Shown here piece after piece: positions 1 to 12,971 of a DNA stretch of 64,000 nucleotides. How positions within the stretch are numbered: position 1 is the first letter of the stretch; the number at the start of each line of letters is the position of its first letter. The stretch comes from Nitrosopumilus sp. Its GTDB lineage: Archaea > Thermoproteota > Nitrososphaeria > Nitrososphaerales > Nitrosopumilaceae. The notes under the pieces were generated by a model that ran no database searches, was not told where the DNA came from, and saw only the letters and a list, made by a program, of their open reading frames with translations. The translations under genes were made by a program, and so were the position numbers. The stretch is from positions 1,728,001 to 1,792,000 of the forward strand of contig OZ245003.1 of the NCBI GenBank assembly GCA_965223425.1. Direction: 5' to 3'.

Positions 1-32
1 TATGCAAACCGCGCAGGAGAGGTCAGAGCACA

Positions 33-521
33 ATGACATGCATATCTGAATATAAAAAACAGCTTGAATTCTACAGTTCATCAAGCGGTAACCAATATGC
101 CGATGTGGAAACGGCAATAGAGATGTTTGCCGAAGTGCGTCTGTCCCCAAGAGACCTGGCATATCAGGTAAAGGAGTTTGCAGATTCCACTGGAACAAAA
201 CTGGAGGATGTGGATGCCTGCTATGTTGCATATGACCACATATTGCAGATGGCAAGAGACAAAATCATCAAAGTCCTGGACTTTGACATCGTAAATGACA
301 TCACAGACGGAACGGAATTCTACACATGCGGAAGCGGCATGGACACCTCGTTTGACTACTCCCAGAAGGCAAAGGATCAGCTGGTGAAGGAGCTGATAAA
401 TGAGGATGTGGAACTGTGCGAAGTCGGAAAAGTTCTGAGGGATGATTTTGTCAAAGTTTTTCTGGAATACGTGGATATTGATACCACAGACATCAGAATG
501 CACAGGAGGCTAAAAAAATAA
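33..521 (+). CDS. Hypothetical protein, acidic (mobile-element operon)
   Basis: 162-aa ORF with GGAG upstream; stop overlaps the next ATG (TAATG). No family recognised. Confidence 0.7.
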   Translation: MTCISEYKKQLEFYSSSSGNQYADVETAIEMFAEVRLSPRDLAYQVKEFADSTGTKLEDVDACYVAYDHILQMARDKIIKVLDFDIVNDITDGTEFYTCGSGMDTSFDYSQKAKDQLVKELINEDVELCEVGKVLRDDFVKVFLEYVDIDTTDIRMHRRLKK

Positions 522-1270
522 TGTCGGGAATCCACTTTGACTGGTCAAAGAACTGGAATGAAGAAACCGGGGAAGACATTATGGATACCGTGTGTCCAAA
601 CAGCGAACACCACGAGAAATACGGCCGTGACTGGGAAACAGAATACGATTCCACAACTGATCTGAACGGAAACCCGTGCGAGCCATACAATGGATGCCCA
701 TGCTGTGAGGATGATTCAGAAAGAATCGACGTAATGTGGAATGTAATCTGGCCGCTGGACTATTCAGGAATGGTAGATGACGGATATGACGAATCCAGCA
801 AAAAAGAGAACCGCCTGAGAAGAATAAGGATACTGAACGAGACTCCGTGCGCATGCATTGAGAATGTCGAGACCGGCCAGTGGTTCATGTGTCTTAGAGG
901 TGCGGGAATGGACTTTGGTCCTGAAATAGCATATGCGTTCCATCTGGCACAAAAATGGATCCCGGATTGGCTGCTAATGGAAATAGACATGGAGTACTGC
1001 AAGCAGCTATTATCCAAAAAGCAATTCAAGACACTGCAAAGAATTGCTGGACAGCAGATAGTACGTGGGCAGAAGGAGTTTGCACAAATGCGGTCAAAAT
1101 GGAGTGTGGGCGGCATAAAAAAGCGGCACACGGAGGAGTCCGGGTATTCGGATGGATACTATTCCCAAAGGACACCGGCTGAGAAGAGGATCCTGGACGG
1201 GATTAATTTACTGGGCCCCGTCGCCACGCCACCAAAACAAAAATCCATAGGGAGGAAAACGCGGAGATGA
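521..1270 (+). CDS. Hypothetical protein (Cys-containing, GAGMD motif)
   Basis: 249-aa ORF coupled to neighbours on both sides (TAATG, ATGA) with a GGAGG RBS. Confidence 0.7.
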   Translation: MSGIHFDWSKNWNEETGEDIMDTVCPNSEHHEKYGRDWETEYDSTTDLNGNPCEPYNGCPCCEDDSERIDVMWNVIWPLDYSGMVDDGYDESSKKENRLRRIRILNETPCACIENVETGQWFMCLRGAGMDFGPEIAYAFHLAQKWIPDWLLMEIDMEYCKQLLSKKQFKTLQRIAGQQIVRGQKEFAQMRSKWSVGGIKKRHTEESGYSDGYYSQRTPAEKRILDGINLLGPVATPPKQKSIGRKTRR

Positions 1271-1530
1271 AGGCGGCAAAGTTTGGGAACGGGGATGCGA
1301 TAGAGAGATACATACACTGTTCGATGTGCTTGGACACCGTCCCTACCGGACAGAGCCCGCAGGAATGGTCGCGCTATGAGGTGGGGTTAACAAAGTGGGG
1401 AATTCAGATATGGTGCGCACGCCACAAATGCAACATAATGCACATAAACTTTGAGGGAGAGAGGCACCCGGCAGACATGACGGCAACAGAGCCGAGCAGA
1501 AAAAGCCGTCAGATGAAGGAGGAGGAATAA
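1267..1530 (+). CDS. Small putative Zn-binding protein
   Basis: 87 aa with HCxxC and WCxxH motifs; ATGA overlap with the upstream gene. Confidence 0.7.
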   Translation: MKAAKFGNGDAIERYIHCSMCLDTVPTGQSPQEWSRYEVGLTKWGIQIWCARHKCNIMHINFEGERHPADMTATEPSRKSRQMKEEE

Positions 1531-1925
1531 TGGTGGGAACAAACGCGCTGGCAAAGACATTTGAGGCACTGGACCGGCACGACTCACACATGAGAACATT
1601 TCGTCGTCTGTACTGCGAGTCAGGACAGACAGCAAGAAAGGCGTACATGTTTGTCAATTCCTCAACAAAAACAAGGATTGAAAAAATAATGAAAAAGTGT
1701 GAGAGCTGCAAGTACACAAAGCTGCAACCGAGAACAATAGTGCTGGTCTACGAGGCATTGGCCGCCAAAGGTGAGATAGAGGTTCTGGCAGAGTTGTGCA
1801 GGCAGATCAGTTCAAAGAAGGCATACAGGCTATGCAACAAAAGAACCCAGAGGACAATACAGACGCTGTCCCAAGATGTGAAGGGAAAATCACACAAAAC
1901 ACCAAAAAAACAAAAAAGGGAATAA
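1530..1925 (+). CDS. Hypothetical basic protein
   Basis: 131 aa with a strong GGAGG RBS, TAATG coupling, a CxxC motif and a K-rich C-terminus. Confidence 0.65.
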   Translation: MVGTNALAKTFEALDRHDSHMRTFRRLYCESGQTARKAYMFVNSSTKTRIEKIMKKCESCKYTKLQPRTIVLVYEALAAKGEIEVLAELCRQISSKKAYRLCNKRTQRTIQTLSQDVKGKSHKTPKKQKRE

Positions 1926-2505
1926 TCCCCCTGATGATTCTGTAGCAAATAAAATGAGCCTCCATACCGGGGTGTTGTTTGCTGCAGATGCTTGACTGTC
2001 GTTGTATGACGAGAGTCGGGTGGCCCAGTCCACACGGGCTTGGCCGAAACCATGAGAGTGTGCCGATGAACATCGGCATACTGATGATGGCAGCAATGTC
2101 ATCAGATGCACAGATATTGTGCAGTCATGGTCGGGGAAAAAGAATCAGACTAACAGAATAAATCAACTACTTGCTCCCCATGATTCTGAGGCAAAGGAAA
2201 AGTTATCACCAAAAAAACAAAAAAGGGAATAATCCCCCTGATGATTCTGTAGCAAATAAAATGAGCCTCCATACCGGGGTGTTGCTTGCTGCAGATGCTT
2301 GACTGTCGTTGTATGACGAGAGTCGGGTGGCCCAGTCCACACGGGCTTGGCCGAAACCATGAGAGTGTGCCGATGAACATCGGCATACTGATGATGGCAG
2401 CAATGTCATCAGATGCACAGATATTGTGCAGTCATGGTCGGGGAAATAATAATGATCACGTAATAATCAAATCGTCCTTACTTACCCTGATTCTGAGGCA
2501 AAGGA
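1901..2505. repeat. Tandem duplication, period 307 bp: conserved structured scaffold, 41-nt variable window, 18-nt conserved tail
   Basis: 1901-2139 matches 2208-2446 with one substitution seen. 2140-2180 and 2447-2487 differ. TGATTCTGAGGCAAAGGA follows at 2181 and 2488. Confidence 0.9.
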
Positions 2506-2770
2506 GAAACGGCCCCACAAACGTGGTGCCGGCAGGCCGTACAAGCTGCATGCCATTCAATGTTTTGTATTTGATAATATGTCAAATGCGCAAGCTGCAT
2601 CTGCTGATTGCAGACCCGCGCGTGTTTACGTGAATCGTTCTCTCTTGGAGTGGGACATTAAATGAGGACGATCCTCAAATGGGATCGCCTCCCACACTGC
2701 AAGCGCAGGGTTAGGCATGTCGTTTTGGAGTGCTCTTTGCGTCAACCGGGCCTCAGCTCGGTTCTATCCT
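1918..2770 (+). ncRNA. Candidate structured non-coding RNA block (strand uncertain)
   Basis: Dense hairpins, including TCTGTAGCAAA/TTTGCTGCAGA, GTGTGCCGATG/CATCGGCATAC, CTGATGA/TCATCAG, TGCACA/TGTGCA, CCATGA/TCATGG and CTGAGGC/GCCTCAG. No credible ORF. Confidence 0.5.
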
Positions 2771-2906
2771 GCAATCCAAAAAAAAGAATGAGTTAAATGA
2801 AAGATCCGGACATTCGAATGTGAGTAAGCTTAAAAGGAATTGTGGATTGTAATGATGTTGCAGAAAATCACCCAAAAATCAATATTGTCTGACATTATAA
2901 ATTCAG

Positions 2907-3051
2907 ATGATCACAGTACAGGAAAAGACATGGACGTATTGACTTGGTTCTCAGCACCTGCGCCGTCTCCGGCACCATGTAATCACAGTACAGGAAAAGA
3001 CATGGACGTATTGACTCTTATTGCCAATAACATACGTCTGGCTTGCGTGAA
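2907..3051 (+). CRISPR. Putative mini-CRISPR array (2 repeats, 1 enclosed spacer, possible trailing spacer)
   Basis: Identical 35-mer ATCACAGTACAGGAAAAGACATGGACGTATTGACT at 2910 and 2982 (period 72). The 37-nt reading GTAATCAC...ATTGAC has CRISPR-like ends. No cas genes in the window. Confidence 0.5.
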
Positions 3052-3100
3052 ACCAAGTTCACCCAAGTTCACCCAAGTTCACCCAAGTTATAATAAGATA
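3051..3100 (+). promoter_or_regulatory. Four 10-bp direct repeats (ACCCAAGTTC) ending in a TATA-like box upstream of the Type ISP gene
   Basis: AACCAAGTTC-ACCCAAGTTC-ACCCAAGTTC-ACCCAAGTTA then TAATAAGATAAAA, about 25-30 nt before the inferred start. Confidence 0.55.
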
Positions 3101-3122
3101 AAATTCACGGGGTGTCCATAAA

Positions 3123-7279
<4,157 letters not shown>

Positions 7280-7280
<1 letters not shown>

Positions 7281-7909
7281 TGCAGGACAATATCACCGAC
7301 TTTGCCCTTGAAGAGTACAGGGAACACTACAAGAACGATAAAATAGAAAAAAACGACATCTTCTTCTACATCTACGGCATTTTACACCACGGCGGGTACA
7401 GGAAGAAATATGCAAACAACCTGACACGTGAGCTGCCACACATTCCCATGGCACCGGACTTTTTAGCATTTTCAAAAATTGGAAAAGAATTGGCAGATCT
7501 ACATTTATCATATGAGACATGCAAGAGATATGATTTGGGAAAACCAAAATCAGAATTTGGCAGATACGCAAAGATGTCGTTTGCAAAAAAGAAGGAAAAC
7601 GGCAGGCAGGTAACTGACACTACAACCCTGAGGATCAACGGGATAACCGTCTTTGAGAATATCCCTGATGTCAAGTACAGGGTAAACGGCAGGACGCCAT
7701 TGGAATGGGCCATAGACCGCTACAGGAGAACAGTAGACAAGGACAGCGGCATAGTAAATGACGCAACAGACATTGACGTCATACCGCTCATTGAAAGGCT
7801 CATACATGTAGGGGTGGAATCAGACAGGCTGGTATCCGGACTTCCAAAGGAGTTTGAGCCGAAAAACTGGGACCCGAAAAAAACAGGAATGGACAAGTTC
7901 ATTGGTTGA
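7280..7909 (+). CDS. Type ISP enzyme C-terminal domain (separate frame)
   Basis: DNITD...IFFYIYGILH...YANNLTRELPHIP...YRVNGRTPLEWAIDRY is typical of LlaGI-like C-termini. TGATG overlap with the upstream ORF; frame is open from 7109. Confidence 0.85.
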
Positions 7910-8081
7910 AATTTGACTGAGATTGTCAAGTTGTGTGATCCATGCAGGTGCCCCCCAAAATGTGACGAAAGGCCCATCAAAATCTGATACACACCACAAG
8001 GTCACCACAGAATCAGACCACAGGAACAGTCGGCATCAGAAAAAAAGACGCACTGAATACAACCACGTCAGATATCAGGTG

Positions 8082-8462
8082 ATGCCAAAGCTGCACATGA
8101 TACAAAAGACGAAAAAAGAGACCTACAGAACCACAAGGCACGAGTCGTACAGCATTGTGATACCGTATGAAATATCCAAGAGTTTTCACATAGCAGACGG
8201 TATGACTCTGCATGCAACGGTATCAGAGGACACGGGAACAGTGAGGTTGCACAGGAATCCAAAGGAAAACTCCATGCGAGTTTTACTGCGACACAAACTC
8301 ACAAAGACCTACAAGAAACAGAAATACCACTCCACGCGAGTCACGATACCGATCGAGATTGTCAAGAGGCTGAAACTGGCAAAGGGGGATCAGATCGACG
8401 TTACAGAGTCAAAAAACAGCCTTGTTCTAAGGAAGACAAAACTGCACCGAAATTTGCCATAG
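8082..8462 (+). CDS. Double AbrB/MazE/SpoVT-type DNA-binding protein
   Basis: Two copies of the motif: YSIVIPYEISKSFHIADG and RVTIPIEIVKRLKLAKGDQID. Start position uncertain. Confidence 0.7.
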   Translation: MPKLHMIQKTKKETYRTTRHESYSIVIPYEISKSFHIADGMTLHATVSEDTGTVRLHRNPKENSMRVLLRHKLTKTYKKQKYHSTRVTIPIEIVKRLKLAKGDQIDVTESKNSLVLRKTKLHRNLP

Positions 8463-8489
8463 TCCGCAAAAACCCGCTTTTTTTCTGAT

Positions 8490-9510
8490 GCCGTCCAATT
8501 AACATTAACCGTTTCCATTTTTTCTTAAATTAAATTTTTCTGATACCGTGATTAGCCTGAAGGAACGACATGAAAATTAAAAAAATTAAACTCACGCCGT
8601 TAAATTGAACGTTCCCCCCCCCCTCACTAATTTTACAGTCAAATTTACACCGCTTAAAATTAATTATTCGCCCTGCCCTTCCGCCTGATCACTCTAGAGA
8701 ATTCCGCCCTGCCAGTCAAAATTAACTTATTTTTTCCATTCCATTCTTCCGTTCCAAGAATCATTTCACTCCAAAGAACCATCCTCCGGGAACCGTTCCA
8801 AAAAGTCATTCCATAGAACCGTTCCATTCTGCTCCTCAAAAAATTAAAAAAATCACTTCAAAAAATCATTCCATCATTCCTCCAAAGAATCATACCATTA
8901 CTCCAAAAGTTATCCATTCCTCCAGGAACCATACCTCTAGAACCGTTCCATCATTCCTCCAAAGAACCGTTCCAAAAAGTCATTCCTCTAGAACCGTTCC
9001 ATCATTCCTCCAAAGAACCGTTCCATCGTTCCTCCAAAGAACCGTTCCATCATTCTATTCCAGGAATCACTCCAAAAATCATACCCTCAAAATTATCCGT
9101 TCAAGTGCGCCCCCCCCTGTTTTAATTTTAGCCGGAATAAATTTTAGTTTAATTTTGTTGAATTTTAATTTTAACTTTATCCTGCCGTTCCGTCATTCCA
9201 TTCCGTTTAATTTTAATCGAGGCTGTTCTGTAGAATCGTTCTGTAGAATCGTTCTGTAGAATCGTTCTGTAGAATCGTTCCATCATTCCTCCAAAGAATC
9301 GTTTTAGTTTATTTTTTAAATTTTAATTTAACTTTATCCTGCTGCCGTGGAATTATTTCGTGGAATAGTTTCATAGAGCTGTTCCAAAAGGGGATTGGGG
9401 GGGATAGTAGAATGACTTTAAGATTTTTTAATTTTATTGGTGTTGATTGGGGATGTTAATTTTAATGCCATCCTTCCATCCGTCGGGGGAGGCTATGGCC
9501 AGAAAATAAT
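8490..9510. repeat. Low-complexity, strand-biased repeat region (possible origin or element end)
   Basis: Several copies of AGAACCGTTCCATCATTCCTCCAA (about 8800-9060), GTTCTGTAGAATC x4 (9225-9276), A/T tracts, C and G runs. No ORF. Confidence 0.8.
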
Positions 9511-9677
9511 GTGGAATGTGTGAGTGTGTGGGGGGCTATGGCAACATGTCACATTACGGTGAGGCAGTATGGCATCTTGTGACTTGGCTGCCAAATACAC
9601 ATCAGACATTTTGGCAGCTGTCTCCTCTCCGAATGATATCACTGAGAAAAATAAAAAAAAGATGGCAGAATATTCTG

Positions 9678-9959
9678 CTATCTTGCACTGCAGAGCAGTT
9701 TGGCCCTTTTCTGTGCATTTAGAACCTCGTTTTTCTTCCTTGTGGCTGACTTTTCGGCAAGACGTGTCTGTTTTTTGAGAGACTTTATCTTTGCCAGTGC
9801 CTTTGCATGATCACGCTTTCTCCTGGTGACTGTCATGTTGGCGTTGCGGCATGCCCTTCCTGCAGGTTTTCGTCTTTTGGAGGGACTGCGCTTTGGGGCC
9901 GCCTTGCTCTTGGCCACTTTTCTTTTGGATTTCTTTTGGGTCATTGATTTTTGCACCAT
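9678..9959 (-). CDS. Small, very basic K/R/A-rich protein (possible nucleic-acid condensing protein)
   Basis: 93 aa, e.g. KKSKRKVAKSKAAPKRSPSKRRK, with very few acidic residues. Confidence 0.6.
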   Translation of the reverse strand: MVQKSMTQKKSKRKVAKSKAAPKRSPSKRRKPAGRACRNANMTVTRRKRDHAKALAKIKSLKKQTRLAEKSATRKKNEVLNAQKRAKLLCSAR

Positions 9960-10199
9960 TCTGTCGGATTAAAAATACCGTTAATTGAGATACTGCAAGT
10001 TTGAGATTAAATAATTTTACACAAAATGACTATTCGATCGTACCTAGCTTGAAAAAATTCTATTGGCTCAGCTGTTTTGTGAACCCACATCATGCCCATG
10101 ATTGAATGGTGGGAAATGTTCCGAGTTTGGAGCGTGCTTTACAGTGTTTTGTTGGAACAGTGGGTTGTCCGAGTTCCTTGTAAACCGCCCATATTTTGG

Positions 10200-10403
10200 T
10201 CAATAGCCAACACATGGCTTATTCTGATTCTTACATCCGAGATGTATTTCCATGTTGCGTGCGTTTGGCGGTAATTTTTTGTTGCACTTTATGCAGATTC
10301 CCTTACTCTTACGCCGTGCGGCCTCCTTGGTGCAGTCAGGACATATCTTTTTGGAAAGAACAACATTCTTCTTTTTTCCACAAGCCACACATTTAATGGA
10401 CAT
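10200..10403 (-). CDS. Small Cys-rich zinc-finger protein
   Basis: Three CxxC motifs plus HxxC in 67 aa; TTTAAATAA upstream on the minus strand. Confidence 0.65.
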   Translation of the reverse strand: MSIKCVACGKKKNVVLSKKICPDCTKEAARRKSKGICIKCNKKLPPNARNMEIHLGCKNQNKPCVGY

Positions 10404-10445
10404 GCAATATTGTATGAATTGTTATTTATTTAAATTATGTCACAT

Positions 10446-10529
10446 GGTTCTGTGTAATCTTCGAGGGATGAAACATGGATCTTCTCCTGATTCACATCTA
10501 TGACTATACCACGATAATGTTACAGAACC
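10446..10529. mobile_element. 84-bp MITE with IS6-like ends
   Basis: GGTTCTGT...ACAGAACC termini, related to the copies at 40689 and 41205. No TSD. Confidence 0.7.
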
Positions 10530-10563
10530 CTGATAAGGAATGGCTCCAAAGTATTTCTAGAAG

Positions 10564-11433
10564 GTGTTAGTTGATTTGGAATGCAGTCACAACTATATAT
10601 TCACTCAAGGATGTTTTGAATGCACAAAGTGTGGTAAGTGCTCCTATGGCAGATCAAACAAGGGAAAACAATGGGGTGAAATTACAGCGGGAATAATTGT
10701 TGGTTTTGTTGTTGTGCTAGGAATTTTTGCCTATTCAAACGGAATACTTGAGATTAATCAAGAAAATCTAGAGCAGTCCTTACATAAAATATATGATTCT
10801 GTTCCTGTTGGTCTTTTAGATGATACAACAAATGCGATATCAGAAATCAAGATTCCAGAATCTGCTGAAAAAATAATTGATGACACTGCAGACACAATAT
10901 CCAAAATTGAAATCCCTGATGTGCCAGTCTCGCCACCCATAAGATTGGAATCCGGATTTGACAGTGCACTGATTGAAAAATATATTTTTGAACTTACAAA
11001 TGATGAACGACAACAAAGGGGATTTTCATCACTAACCAGGGTTTCTGCTATTGATTCTATTGCAAGAAATCATAGTTTGGATATGTCCAACAGAAATTAT
11101 TTCTCACATTATTCTCCTGAGGGAAATGACCCTACTGATAGAGGAAACATGGTAGGCTATACATGTAAAAAGGACTATGGCTCATATTATACCGAAGGAT
11201 TGGGAGAAAATATTTTTCTGAGCCCTACATATTCGTCTTACATGACTAAAGGCGCTACATTATCCTACAATTGGTTGGAAGATGAAGAAATAGTTGCAAA
11301 AGGACTCGTTGATGGTTGGATGGACAGTCCCGGACATCGAGAAAATATTCTAGATGGACAGTATGATAGAATTGGAGTAGGTGTTGTGATTAATTCTGAC
11401 GAGTATGTATATTCGACTCAAAACTTTTGTTGA
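10564..11433 (+). CDS. Membrane-anchored CAP/SCP domain protein
   Basis: TNDERQQRG, ARNHSLDM, YFSH, GENI, WMDSPGHRENIL and TQNFC motifs; N-terminal TM helix. Confidence 0.9.
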   Translation: MLVDLECSHNYIFTQGCFECTKCGKCSYGRSNKGKQWGEITAGIIVGFVVVLGIFAYSNGILEINQENLEQSLHKIYDSVPVGLLDDTTNAISEIKIPESAEKIIDDTADTISKIEIPDVPVSPPIRLESGFDSALIEKYIFELTNDERQQRGFSSLTRVSAIDSIARNHSLDMSNRNYFSHYSPEGNDPTDRGNMVGYTCKKDYGSYYTEGLGENIFLSPTYSSYMTKGATLSYNWLEDEEIVAKGLVDGWMDSPGHRENILDGQYDRIGVGVVINSDEYVYSTQNFC

Positions 11434-11439
11434 TGTAAA

Positions 11440-12072
11440 ATGTTGAGGCCATATCTTATTCAAATTCGATTAATGGGAGAACCGAAATATTTGGCCCGGC
11501 AGCTAATCTATGACTTATTTCACAAGTTTGGAGTCAGTGGACAGGTAAATAAAAGACCGGTTCCACATGTCACTCTGTTTGGTCCATTTGCATGCCGAAA
11601 TATTCGTAAAATAATTCATGATATCGGTGAGGTGGGTTCACAATATTCAGAATTGCCATATGATATTGATGGATTTGATTACTTTGAGTTGAAGAAAAAA
11701 TTTCTATTCATTACAACATCTACAAAGAAAAATGTCATTTATCTCAAAATTGTTCCTAGTGATGATCTAAAAGATTTTAGATATGATTTGGCAAAAAAAT
11801 TACTCAAATTCACTGATGCAGCAAAGGCATCACACAACTCTAAAAACAAATTCAGATTTCATGCAACTATTGCCATGAATGACATTCATTATAAATTTGA
11901 TAAGATTTGGGAGTATCTCAAAGGCTATGATATCAAAACTGAAGGAATGTGCTATAGAATTACTCTGCTAAAACGAGGCAAAATAATGTATGAATATGAG
12001 TTACAGACAAAGAGATTGCTTAATCGTAGGCAATCAATTGGTGGAAGAAGACCTGGAAGATTAAAAATTTGA
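11440..12072 (+). CDS. 2H phosphoesterase (2'-5' RNA ligase family)
   Basis: Two HxT motifs: PHVTL and FHATI. Confidence 0.8.
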   Translation: MLRPYLIQIRLMGEPKYLARQLIYDLFHKFGVSGQVNKRPVPHVTLFGPFACRNIRKIIHDIGEVGSQYSELPYDIDGFDYFELKKKFLFITTSTKKNVIYLKIVPSDDLKDFRYDLAKKLLKFTDAAKASHNSKNKFRFHATIAMNDIHYKFDKIWEYLKGYDIKTEGMCYRITLLKRGKIMYEYELQTKRLLNRRQSIGGRRPGRLKI

Positions 12073-12347
12073 TCATCCAAATTGTAATGTTGGTCTTAGA
12101 TGAGTTCTTTGAATTAATGAGGGGATCTTTGTGGAAATAGATAAAGTCACGCTGTCTGGTCGGTGCTCTCCGGGTTCGGTTTCTCCAGGGTTGATTTGTC
12201 ACATATTTGCATCTGTTTTTTGATTGCATCTGCCAGGGATTGCCTGCCATGCCTTGACAATTCATCCAGATACTTTTTGACTGCCAACATTACCGTTTTT
12301 CCTCATTTAGATTTGAAAATTAATATTGGCTGGAGGTCCTTTACTCA

Positions 12348-12971
12348 ATGATGACCCCTTCGTCTGATTTTGAAACTGATAAACAAAGATTAGCCGATTT
12401 ACTAGTGGAAACTAAAGCATTTCAATATTCACCAGAAAAACCATTTCAATTGGCATCTGGAGCAACCAGTCCATATTACTTTGATCTAAAATTACTAAAT
12501 GGACATCCAGAAGGAATCAATACAGTTGCCAAAGTATTCTATCATTTAATCAAACAATACCCTGATGTAGAAGCAGTTGGCGGTTTAGAATCCGGTTCAA
12601 TCTCGATTGCAACAGCAGTTTCACAATTAAGTTACTTTGAACATGAAAAAGATCCTTCAAATCCTTTAATCACATCATTCTTTGTGCGTAAGGCACCAAA
12701 GAAACATGGAACTCAAAAATTAATTGAAGGGAGAGTCAATTCCCCAGTAGTTATCATTGATGATGTAATCACTAGTGGAATGTCTGCAATAATTGCAGTA
12801 CGTGCAGTTGAAGAAATGGGATATGAGTGTAAATCTCTAATGTCTATAATTTTTAGAGGAACTAAAGAACATCGTCAAAATGTCGAAAAGGAAAGTACAT
12901 TACAGTATATCTTCCACAAAGATCAATTCATTGAAGAATTCAAAAAACAATTCAAAGAATTAACTGCATAA
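12348..12971 (+). CDS. pyrE: Orotate phosphoribosyltransferase-like protein
   Basis: FQLASGATSPYYFD, VRKAPKKHGT and the PRPP motif IIDDVITSG. Confidence 0.85.
   Translation: MMTPSSDFETDKQRLADLLVETKAFQYSPEKPFQLASGATSPYYFDLKLLNGHPEGINTVAKVFYHLIKQYPDVEAVGGLESGSISIATAVSQLSYFEHEKDPSNPLITSFFVRKAPKKHGTQKLIEGRVNSPVVIIDDVITSGMSAIIAVRAVEEMGYECKSLMSIIFRGTKEHRQNVEKESTLQYIFHKDQFIEEFKKQFKELTA

Noticed and set aside
1979-2633. ORFs 1979-2161, 2286-2633 and antisense ORFs in the duplicated block
   Set aside because: No RBS or coupling, they diverge at the variable window, and the region is better explained by base-paired structure.
2840-3121. 93-aa ORF with a repeated HSTGKDMDVLT
   Set aside because: A by-product of a 72-bp repeat period being a multiple of three; it also runs through the 10-bp promoter repeats.
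8800-9300. Possible CRISPR array
   Set aside because: Units are adjacent or degenerate with no unique spacers of regular length.
9480-9560. GGGGCTATGGC as a tRNA or att site
   Set aside because: No cloverleaf or T-loop; no tRNA or attachment site could be identified in the window.
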